From: Bacteroidia bacterium
GTDB taxonomy: Bacteria; Bacteroidota; Bacteroidia; AKYH767-A; OLB10
DNA length: 64,000 bases
Direction: 5' to 3'
Assembly (NCBI GenBank): GCA_037045145.1
Contig: JBAOIA010000012.1
Coordinates: 235,210 to 299,209 of the forward strand
Below, piece after piece: positions 28,810 through 37,800 of this stretch. The notes beneath the pieces are model-generated. The model worked only from the letters and a program-made list of their open reading frames with translations, searched no databases and was not told the DNA's origin. Position 1 is the stretch's first letter. Each line of letters starts with the position of its first letter. Made by a program: the position numbers and the translations under genes.

Positions 28810-30268
28810 TCTTTATTCTAATATTATACACTCCGTCAGAAAGCGAAGATACATCAATGCTGCCATTTGTGCCATTAGTTTGTTTTTCTATTATCAGTCG
28901 CCCGTAAATGTCGTAAACAACCAGTTCATTTTTTGCATCGCTTAATCCTGATATAAACAAGATGTTGTTTACAGGGTTGGGGTAAATGTTTATTAAGTTC
29001 CCCTTTGGGGGATTTAGGGGGCTTATGCCTGTCAACGTATCACACGCACTTCCCGCTAACGCCCCCAACTCATAATCCGGATTATTAGGCAAACCTCCGT
29101 AAGTTCTTTTGCCACCAAGATAAAATGAGTAGGGTTGTAAATCACATGCTGAGCCTAAGCTGTTGGGAGAGTTAATGGTGCTTAAATACATATTGGTGTT
29201 ATTATACATAGTGTCGTTATAAGGATAATATTGATAATAACTTGTTGCTAAATAAATTTTACCGTCAGGAGCAAGCTTTAAATCGTCCATAGTTTCATTA
29301 AAATGAGTTTGTCGCAATGTATCAACACTTGCAGCAATATTGGTTGCCGTTAAATCAAACTGATACAGCCGCGATGTATCGGTTGATTGTATGGGTATGC
29401 CGGATATATAAAGTAAATTATCGTCAGGCGAAAAACATGCGCCCCAATAACAACCAAATGGAGCTTGCGTGGGTTCAGGATAAATGGTTTGCAAATTACT
29501 TAATTGCCCTGTGCATCTGTCAAAGTCATACAATTCCAATAAGCCAACCAAGGTATAATATACCATTTTATTGCCATTATTTGAAAATTGAATTCTGCCA
29601 AACCCATGATTAGTTGCAAACCCAATATTTTGCGGCATGGAATCGGAAACACCCGCTGGCGAAATCAAATATTTGTAAAAAGTGTTGTTAATATTATTCC
29701 ACCTCCGGTTAATAATCCACCAGTCTCTTCCGTTGCCATGTTTAATGGCTTTTAATCCGTCAGCGCTTTTGTAATTATGTAACTGCACATTTTTTTGAAT
29801 CACTTCGCCTAATCCGCCATTGGCGCTCATATCAACTATGGAATAATATAAACCTAACTGACTACTACCCGTTACGCCAATGGAAAAAACATAATATTGA
29901 TTGTTGTTAGATGGATTATCAATAATTAAAACTTCATGGTACCAGGCTTGCATAACAATAGAATCACCATTTTGCATGATTTGATGTTGTTTATTCCAAA
30001 TTTCACCATTTTGAAATGGCGGACCTCCGGCAGCCCATGTATCTGTATTATAACCTGCATAAAATAACAGGCTTCCGGCACTGTCGGCAATGCTTGCACA
30101 ACTGCCGCGCGATTTTACCATGCTGCTGCCTGTTATGATATTGGCAGTATCACTAAAATCAACCAGCGCACTGTCGCCAAAGCACCACACGCTGCCCTGC
30201 TTTTGCGCATTTGCAAAATAAGCGCAGCATATAAGAAATGCTGCGCTTATGTATCGGAGTGATTTCAT
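28763..30268 (-). CDS. paralog B: T9SS-sorted beta-propeller-like protein (SP-2 signal, CTD variant beta)
   Basis: 501 aa. The CTD reads IYPNPVNNILFISGL...VVYDIYGRL...IDVSSLSDGVYNIRIKNEAGEYFKKRFVVIK. Confidence 0.8.
   Translation of the reverse strand: MKSLRYISAAFLICCAYFANAQKQGSVWCFGDSALVDFSDTANIITGSSMVKSRGSCASIADSAGSLLFYAGYNTDTWAAGGPPFQNGEIWNKQHQIMQNGDSIVMQAWYHEVLIIDNPSNNNQYYVFSIGVTGSSQLGLYYSIVDMSANGGLGEVIQKNVQLHNYKSADGLKAIKHGNGRDWWIINRRWNNINNTFYKYLISPAGVSDSMPQNIGFATNHGFGRIQFSNNGNKMVYYTLVGLLELYDFDRCTGQLSNLQTIYPEPTQAPFGCYWGACFSPDDNLLYISGIPIQSTDTSRLYQFDLTATNIAASVDTLRQTHFNETMDDLKLAPDGKIYLATSYYQYYPYNDTMYNNTNMYLSTINSPNSLGSACDLQPYSFYLGGKRTYGGLPNNPDYELGALAGSACDTLTGISPLNPPKGNLINIYPNPVNNILFISGLSDAKNELVVYDIYGRLIIEKQTNGTNGSIDVSSLSDGVYNIRIKNEAGEYFKKRFVVIK
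30218..30250. repeat. SP-2 perfect palindrome (13-bp arms, 7-nt loop) inside the signal-peptide codons of paralog B
   Basis: ATAAGCGCAGCAT-ATAAGAA-ATGCTGCGCTTAT. It encodes ISAAFLICCAY on the minus strand. Confidence 0.85.
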
Positions 30269-30280
30269 TTAAAACAAAAG

Positions 30281-31825
30281 TTATTCAACAACAAATTTAT
30301 TTACCAATCTTTCTTTTTCTGTTTGCAACGAAACAATGTACATGCCTTTTGCAAGTGCGCTGCAATTAATATCCTGTGTAAAATAACCTCCTGCGCTACC
30401 CCCAACCCCTGAAGGGGAGAGCGCACGCGCAGTGTTGTAAAATAACTTGCCTGAAATATCGTATATGGTTAGTGTTATATTTTTTCCTTTTAAATGCTGT
30501 GCATTTACAAACAACCTTTGCCATGATGCCATGTAGGTAACAAACAACTCCGCTCTCTTTGCTGATGTTGCAAGAGGTGCTATGCCCGTTAATGTATCGC
30601 ATGGGCTGCCTGATATTGCAGGCAGTGTATAATCAGGATTATTAGGTAAACCTCCGTAAGTTCTTTTGCCACCAAGATAAAATGAGTAGGGTTGTAAATC
30701 ACATGCTGAGCCTAAGCTGTTGGGAGAGTTAATGGTGCTTAAATACATATTGGTATTATTATACATAGTGTCCTTATAAGGATAATATTGATAATAGCTT
30801 GTTGCTAAATAAATTTTACCGTCAGGAGCTAATTTAAGAAATCCCATAGATGCATTAAAATGAGTTTGCCATAATGTATCGGCACTGGCAGCTATATTGG
30901 TTGCCGTTAAATCAAGCTGATACAGCCGCGATGTGTCGGTTGATTGTATGGGTATGCCGGATATATAAAGTAAATTATCGTCAGGCGAAAAACATGCTCC
31001 CCAATACCAGCGTAAGGGAGCCTGTGTGAGTTCAGGGTAAATGGTTTGTAAATTACTTAATTGCCCTGTGCATCTGTCAAAGTCATACAATTCCAATAAG
31101 CCAACCAAGGTATAATATACCATTTTATTGCCATTATTTGAAAATTGAATTCTGCCAAACCCATGATTAGTTGCAAACCCAATATTTTGCGGCATGGAAT
31201 CGGAAACACCCGCTGGCGAAATCAAATATTTGTAAAAAGTGTTGTTAATATTATTCCACCTCCGGTTAATAATCCACCAGTCTCTTCCGTTGCCATGCTT
31301 AATGGCTGTTAATCCGTCAGCGCTTTTGTAATTATGCAACTGTACATTTTTTTGAATCACTTCGCCTAATCCGCCATTAGCGCTCATATCAACTATGGAA
31401 TAATATAAACCTAACTGACTACTACCCGTTACGCCAATGGAAAAAACATAATATTGATTGTTGTTAGATGGATTATCAATAATTAAAACTTCATGGTACC
31501 AGGCTTGCATAACAATAGAATCACCATTTTGCATGATTTGATGTTGTTTATTCCAAATTTCACCATTTTGAAATGGCGGACCTCCGGCAGCCCATGTATC
31601 TGTATTATAACCTGCATAAAATAACAGGCTTCCGGCACTGTCGGCAATGCTTGCACAACTGCCGCGCGATTTTACCATGCTGCTGCCTGTTATGATATTG
31701 GCAGTATCACTAAAATCAACCAGCGCACTGTCGCCAAAGCACCACACGCTGCCTTGCTTTTGTGCATTTGCAAAATAAGCGCAGCATAGTAAAAATGCTG
31801 CGCTTATGTATCGGAGTGATTTCAT
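30281..31825 (-). CDS. paralog C: chimera of a B-like body and a D-like tail (SP-2 signal, CTD variant alpha)
   Basis: 514 aa. It is near-identical to B over the N-terminal region at a 1557-nt offset. The C-terminal about 130 aa are near-identical to D. Confidence 0.8.
   Translation of the reverse strand: MKSLRYISAAFLLCCAYFANAQKQGSVWCFGDSALVDFSDTANIITGSSMVKSRGSCASIADSAGSLLFYAGYNTDTWAAGGPPFQNGEIWNKQHQIMQNGDSIVMQAWYHEVLIIDNPSNNNQYYVFSIGVTGSSQLGLYYSIVDMSANGGLGEVIQKNVQLHNYKSADGLTAIKHGNGRDWWIINRRWNNINNTFYKYLISPAGVSDSMPQNIGFATNHGFGRIQFSNNGNKMVYYTLVGLLELYDFDRCTGQLSNLQTIYPELTQAPLRWYWGACFSPDDNLLYISGIPIQSTDTSRLYQLDLTATNIAASADTLWQTHFNASMGFLKLAPDGKIYLATSYYQYYPYKDTMYNNTNMYLSTINSPNSLGSACDLQPYSFYLGGKRTYGGLPNNPDYTLPAISGSPCDTLTGIAPLATSAKRAELFVTYMASWQRLFVNAQHLKGKNITLTIYDISGKLFYNTARALSPSGVGGSAGGYFTQDINCSALAKGMYIVSLQTEKERLVNKFVVE
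31775..31807. repeat. SP-2 perfect palindrome in paralog C
   Basis: ATAAGCGCAGCAT-AGTAAAA-ATGCTGCGCTTAT. The arms are identical to the B copy and the loop differs at 3 of 7 positions. Confidence 0.85.
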
Positions 31826-31837
31826 TTAAAACAAAAG

Positions 31838-33409
31838 TTATTCAACAACAAATTTATTTACCAATCTTTCTTTTTCTGTTTGCAAAGAAACAATATACAT
31901 GCCTTTTGCAAGTGCGCTGCAATTAATATCCTGTGTAAAATAACCGCCTGCGCTACCCCCAACCCCTGAAGGGGAGAGCACTCGCGCAGTGTTATAAATT
32001 AGCTTGCCTGTAACATCATATAGGGTTAGTGTTATATTTTTCCCTTTTAAATGCTGCGCATTTACAAACAATTTTTGCCATGATGCCATGTAGGTAACAA
32101 ACAACTCCGCTCCCTTTGCTGATGTTGCAAGAGGTGCTATACCCGTTAATGTATCACAGGGACTGCCTGATATTGCAGGCAGTGTATAATCAGGATTATT
32201 GGGTAAACCAAGATATGTTCTTTTGCCTCCGAGATAAAAACTGTAAGGCTGAAAATCACATGCAATTCCTAAACTATCAGGTTGGTTTATTACTGACAAG
32301 TTCATATTGTACATATTATAAACAGTATCCTGATATGGATAAGGAAATTGAACTCCATTATAATATATGCTGGCTAAATAAATTTTATTGTCTGGAGCTA
32401 ATTTTAATCCGCCTCCAGTATAAAGAGGATAGTTGGTTGTCCAAAGTGTATTTTTACTTTGTGAGATATTTGACGCATTTAAGTCATATTGAAATAGGTA
32501 AGTAGTATCATCTGCTGTTGTTACATATAATTTGCTTGCATCGGGTGAGAATTCACAACTCCAAGTATATGGCACTGATGGCAATGCTTCCGGTTCAATG
32601 GTAACAGGATTGCTCAATAATCCTGAACAACGGTCAAAATCATATAGCTCAACCAACCCAATCAAATTGGTAAATACCAATTTTTCGCCTGATGGCGAAA
32701 AATTGGTATATCCTGAGTTGGTTTTGTTTAATGAACCTATTGACTGAATGGAAAAATTCTGAACGCTGACAGGTGTAATTAAATAAGAATACCAGTCATT
32801 GTTGCCATTTGATAAAGAACCTGCTTTTCTGAATAATACCCACCAGTCCCTTCCATTGCCATGCTTAACGGCATTTAAGCAATCAACCTGCTCAAAGCTT
32901 TGCAGTTGAACATTTTTAACCGTCACAGCCCCCAAGCCGTTATTCAGCCGCATATCAATTATGCTGTAATATAAGCCATATATGCTCGTTACTCCAATAG
33001 AAAATAAGTAATAGGTGCTGTCATTAGCCGGATTGGGTACTATTACCAATTCCTGATACCAACCTCTGCCAACAATATTATTTCCGTTTTGCATTACCTG
33101 ATGAGTTGTATCAAAAACTAATGTGGTGTTGCCACTTATTGTGGCTCTTGTTTCGGCATAGAAAAGAAGTTTACCATTTTCATTTGCAATTGATGCGCAT
33201 GAACCTCTGGTATCTAATCCACATGAGCCAACTATAATATTTGAAGTATCACTGAAGTCAATTAAAGCGCTGTCGCCAAAGCACCACACCGAATTACGGT
33301 TTTGCGCATAGGAAAAGAAATGGCAGCAACAGAGTGTTGCTGCCATTAATGAAAATTTTAAATTATTTAATAACCACAAACCGTTTTTTAAAATATTCGC
33401 CTGCTTCAT
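31838..33409 (-). CDS. paralog D: T9SS-sorted beta-propeller-like protein (SP-1 signal, CTD variant alpha)
   Basis: 523 aa with the same family motifs. The start is uncertain: 33409 overlaps E, and the conserved ATG is at 33346. Confidence 0.75.
   Translation of the reverse strand: MKQANILKNGLWLLNNLKFSLMAATLCCCHFFSYAQNRNSVWCFGDSALIDFSDTSNIIVGSCGLDTRGSCASIANENGKLLFYAETRATISGNTTLVFDTTHQVMQNGNNIVGRGWYQELVIVPNPANDSTYYLFSIGVTSIYGLYYSIIDMRLNNGLGAVTVKNVQLQSFEQVDCLNAVKHGNGRDWWVLFRKAGSLSNGNNDWYSYLITPVSVQNFSIQSIGSLNKTNSGYTNFSPSGEKLVFTNLIGLVELYDFDRCSGLLSNPVTIEPEALPSVPYTWSCEFSPDASKLYVTTADDTTYLFQYDLNASNISQSKNTLWTTNYPLYTGGGLKLAPDNKIYLASIYYNGVQFPYPYQDTVYNMYNMNLSVINQPDSLGIACDFQPYSFYLGGKRTYLGLPNNPDYTLPAISGSPCDTLTGIAPLATSAKGAELFVTYMASWQKLFVNAQHLKGKNITLTLYDVTGKLIYNTARVLSPSGVGGSAGGYFTQDINCSALAKGMYIVSLQTEKERLVNKFVVE
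33320..33346. repeat. SP-1 perfect palindrome containing the conserved ATG of paralog D
   Basis: ATGGCAGCAACA-GAG-TGTTGCTGCCAT. It is followed on the mRNA by UUCUUUUCC. Confidence 0.85.
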
Positions 33410-34865
33410 TCTTTATTCTAAGGTTATACACTCCGTCAGAAAGCGAAGATACATCAATGCTGCCCGCTGCAGAAGCATTCTTCTTTAATAATAATCTGCC
33501 GTAAATATCATACACCTCTATTTCATTTTTGCCTTCAGGCATTCCGCTAACATACAATGTGCTGTTGGCGGGGTTGGGAAATATCCTCACCCCACCCCTC
33601 TCCAAAGGAGAGGGAGCTATGCCTGTAAGTGTATCACACACACTACCCGCTACCGCCTCCAACTCATAATCAGGATTATTAGGTAAACCAAGATATGTTC
33701 TTTTGCCTCCGAGATAAAAACTGTACGGCTGAAAATCACATGCTGCGCCTAAGCTATCAGGTTGGTTAATTACTGATAAGTTCATATTGTACATGTTGTA
33801 AACACTATCCCTGTAAGGATAATAATTAGAGGCATTATAATACACATTACTCAAATAGATTTTGTTATCAGGAGCCAACTTTAATCCTCCTATTGCATAA
33901 GGAAATAAATTAAATGACCATAGAGTATCTTTGCTTCCGGGAATATTGGGTGCGTTTAAATCGTATTGAAATAAATATGAAGTAGTTTGATTGGTGGTAA
34001 CATATAACTTACTTTCATCAGGAGAAAACTCACAACTCCAAATAAATGGATAAGGAGGGTTACCTAAATCAGGTTCTATAGTAACGGGATTATTTAACAA
34101 TCCTGTGCAACGATCAAAATCATAAACTTCAATCAAACCCAACCAATTGGTAAATACCAATTTTTCGCCATCAGGCGAAAAATTGGTATGCGCTCCTCCT
34201 GTTCTGTTTTGCGAACCAACGGACTGAACGGATAAATTCTGAATTCCGTTAGGAGTTATTAAATAGCTGTACCAATCGTTATTTGAACTAAATGTGAGTG
34301 CATCTGATTTTCTGAATATTAGCCACCAATCTCTTCCGTTACCATGTTTAACGGCATTTAAGCAATCCACTTGTTCAAAGCTTTGCAGTTGTATATTCTT
34401 AGCAGTAACTGCTCCTAATCCACCATTCTGTTTCATATCTATGATGCTGTAAACAAGTCCGTTATTACCAGTGACATTTATTGAAAAAAGATAATATACA
34501 CTGTCGTTGGCAGGATTAGGAACAATTACCAATTCCTGATACCAACCTTCTCCAACAATAGAATCTCCATCTTGCATTACTGATCCTGTTGAATTAAAAA
34601 CAAAGGTTGAATTATCAATACTTATGGCATACTTGTACATTGTTGCTGCATAAAAAAGTAAATTCCCGTTATTGTCTGAAATGCTGACACAGCTTCCCCG
34701 ACTATCCATTCCTGATTGAAAAGTAACAGGTAATCCCGAACCAAAATCTATTCCCGCACTATCGCCAAAGCACCATACGCTATTTCTATTTTGCGCATAA
34801 GAAAAAAAATGGCAGCAACAAAATGTTGCTGCCATTAGTAAGCATTTTAAATTAAGTGATTTCAA
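33363..34865 (-). CDS. paralog E: T9SS-sorted beta-propeller-like protein (SP-1 signal, CTD variant beta)
   Basis: 500 aa. The ORF track uses a TTG start at 34865, and the conserved ATG is at 34835. Confidence 0.75.
   Translation of the reverse strand: MKSLNLKCLLMAATFCCCHFFSYAQNRNSVWCFGDSAGIDFGSGLPVTFQSGMDSRGSCVSISDNNGNLLFYAATMYKYAISIDNSTFVFNSTGSVMQDGDSIVGEGWYQELVIVPNPANDSVYYLFSINVTGNNGLVYSIIDMKQNGGLGAVTAKNIQLQSFEQVDCLNAVKHGNGRDWWLIFRKSDALTFSSNNDWYSYLITPNGIQNLSVQSVGSQNRTGGAHTNFSPDGEKLVFTNWLGLIEVYDFDRCTGLLNNPVTIEPDLGNPPYPFIWSCEFSPDESKLYVTTNQTTSYLFQYDLNAPNIPGSKDTLWSFNLFPYAIGGLKLAPDNKIYLSNVYYNASNYYPYRDSVYNMYNMNLSVINQPDSLGAACDFQPYSFYLGGKRTYLGLPNNPDYELEAVAGSVCDTLTGIAPSPLERGGVRIFPNPANSTLYVSGMPEGKNEIEVYDIYGRLLLKKNASAAGSIDVSSLSDGVYNLRIKNEAGEYFKKRFVVIK
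34809..34835. repeat. SP-1 perfect palindrome containing the conserved ATG of paralog E
   Basis: ATGGCAGCAACA-AAA-TGTTGCTGCCAT. It is followed on the mRNA by U7CUU (A8 at 34802-34809, whose last A is the first stem base). Confidence 0.85.
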
Positions 34866-34866
34866 A

Positions 34867-37800
34867 TTATTTAATTACAATAAATCTCGTTCTAAAATAC
34901 TCATCTGTCTCATTTCGTATCCTCAGATTATAAATACCTTCTGCCAGCGAAGATACGTCAATTACGCCACTGCTGCTGTTATTTTGCTTTGTAAATAATA
35001 ACCTGCCATAAAGGTCGTAAACCTGCATTTCATTTTTACCATCACTCATTCCTGTTACCAACAGCAAGCTGTTGGCTGGGTTAGGTTGTATGCGTACCTT
35101 ATCAGCCGGCAGTGTTTTTTCAGGCAATTCATTCTGAGTATGACTGCCACCCTGCCGCAATGCGGGCAATTCAGGAGAGTAATATTCCTTACCGAGCAAG
35201 GCTGCCGCACTGTAAACGCTCTTGCCCGCTATGAGCCAGTGCTGCGCCAGCAGGCTTTCCAACGCTGTGGTGTCTGTTGCATCAAGCGTATCACCTGCTG
35301 CCAGCTTGCCGATAATAAGGCTGTTGATGAGCTTATAGTTGGCTTCCATATCATTGCTTTCGGTAATGCTGCTGTTAATGGTTGCAGCAGCAGCAATGTC
35401 ATCGGCTTTAATAGCCTGCTTTACGGAGTCAAACTTGCCTATGTTGGCATTGAGCATGACATTGTAAAATGCGCGGAATGATGAGTCAGCCGCGCTGCCT
35501 GTGGTGAGCAGTGTGGTGTCAGCGCTGAGCCGTTTGAACAGGGTTTCTTTAGCAAGGTATTTAGCCTCATCTGCATAACTATCGTACACAGCAGAATCAC
35601 CCACTACGGGACCAAATTCTTTATCTCTGTCAATATCGACATTGGTAAATAACGCGGTTGCACAATCAGTATTTGAACTTGCTTCATTATCATCCGCTAA
35701 AATAACATTCCCATTATAAGGATCAGGAGTAAATAAATTATTTACGTCTGTTTCATCTCCTTGAAAATACCATTTAAAAGGTGATGCTACCTGCAAGTAT
35801 CCATCCACTTTCATTAAAGCATTGTTTGAAGTAATCCATTGATTATCCCATGCGTTATTTGCAGTTCCCTGAGGTGAAAATTGTGCGTTTTCATACCAAA
35901 TACCTTTGTTATAATCAGTCATCACATTATTTTTCAGCCGCGTGGTTTGGCAATCGCCCTCAAAGCGCAGGGCATAGCCGAGGCGTGTAATGCCGTTGCC
36001 GCATATATTCAGGTTTTGAGAATTGTCGGCAGCAATGCCGCGTATTTTATCAGCATTATAAGCAACAACGCTGTTGTTATAAATGTCGTTCGCTTTAATA
36101 ACAGCATCGTTGCAGTCCTGTATAAATATGCCTGAATACATTTGGCTTGTTTCTAATCCGTCATCAGCCTCCATAGCAATGGTGTTGGGCAAAAGGCTGC
36201 TGCCGTCCGTTCCAACGCTTATGCCCGGTGTGTTGTTGGCATATATTCCTATTCGCGCTCCGGTTATGGAGTTGTCTGTAATAGTTACTGCGCTGTTTGC
36301 GCCCTGCTCATATAATACCCTTATGCCATAATCGCCAGTTGCATAAATGTTATTATGGTCAACGGAAACGGCATTGCCTGTGGTGGCTGTGCTGTTTATA
36401 TAAACGGCAGAAGTAGGAACAGTTAAATCGGCAGGTGTTTTTACATGCAAATCGTTACCGGTAATCTGAATAGTGTTGCTGCCGCATTTTTCAACCAAAA
36501 TGTTGTTTTTGCTGTTGCTCATGGCATTCTGGTTGCATTTAACAAAGCTGCCTGCAAGCTTTCCGTTGCAGTTAAACATCCTGTACCCTGCTTCGGCACA
36601 GTTGTTTATTGTGTTTTGTTCCATCCTCAACTGCTCAGTTACATTGCCAATGCCATACCTCATGTTTTCAAATGTGTTGTGCAAAATAATTTTATCATCA
36701 TTGGCATTGGCGGCTTCGCCCAATATTAAAGCTCCGTAGCCGGTGGGCGAGGTTATAAGCGGATAAGCCAGTAACCGCGCCTGTGACACATCGGGTACAC
36801 GCCCCGGTGCATCTTTAAAATAATTGTACCGGATGTTATAGTCAACGGGGTTTACTAATCTTATACCATAGTCCATGTCAGAAAAAACATTTTGCTCATT
36901 TGCTGCGCCAATGGTTAAATCGGATGGCGCGAGGAGCAGAATATGGTTAAACGATTTGTCGCCATATTCATAAACCGCTCTTCCGCTGCACCTGAAAATG
37001 CAATTATGTATTTGCATATTGCTGTAATCCGTTACGCCCGCCCCTAATTCAACTATGCCGTAAAAATTATGGTCGAATAAGGTATTGGATAAATTAATAT
37101 TTGTAATGGATGAGGAATTGCCGTTAATTGCAATAGCTGCTTCGGCATCTTCCATATCGGAATTGGTTATTTCCAGCTCGGAAGTGCCGTCAGCAAGCAC
37201 AATGCCTTTCCATAACACATTACAACCGAAAAAACGGCTGTCTTGTACATCTAGCTTTTTGCCTGCATCAACATATATTCCCACTCCCTGGCTGCAAATT
37301 ACTGTTTTGTTGTTAAATAAATTAAAATCGGCATCTACCGTAAAATCATCCGTAAGATATACCACATCAGGAGTTATAACGCTGATTGCGCTTGCAATGT
37401 TATTTCCACTATTAATAGTAAATGTGCTGCTGACGCACAATGTTGAAGATAATGTGCCGCACACATCGGGCTGCGGCTGCAAAGCAAGGTTTTTGTCTTC
37501 GGCAATAACTATTTGGTCAACTAACACGTTTCCGTTAATGCTGTTAATGGATAATGTATATTCCTGATTATCGAGTTGGCTCAATAAAATAGGAGATAAA
37601 CTGTTTGGCAAAAACCGATACCAATTCCAGTCACTGCTGCTAATACAGCTTAACGTACAAACGGGAGTACCGTCCAATTTAATTTCAAGCTGGCTGCCTG
37701 AACCGGCATCTTTGGCTTTTATCCAAACATAATAATCGGTATCATCAACTCTGGGGTGAAATTTATATTCAACAGGGGCACTTCCTGCTGCAAAAGAAAT

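Larger units (their letters stand above)
27182..34865 (-). repeat. tandem array of five mosaic paralogous genes plus one stump
   Basis: Blocks of (near) identity between non-adjacent and adjacent copies are detailed in the findings. Confidence 0.85.

Noticed and set aside
28974-29021. Four G-runs (G3, G4, G5, G5) that could form a G-quadruplex at the body/CTD junction of paralog B.
   Set aside because: One loop would be about 24 nt and the runs are better explained as parts of the small GC hairpins. There is no independent support.
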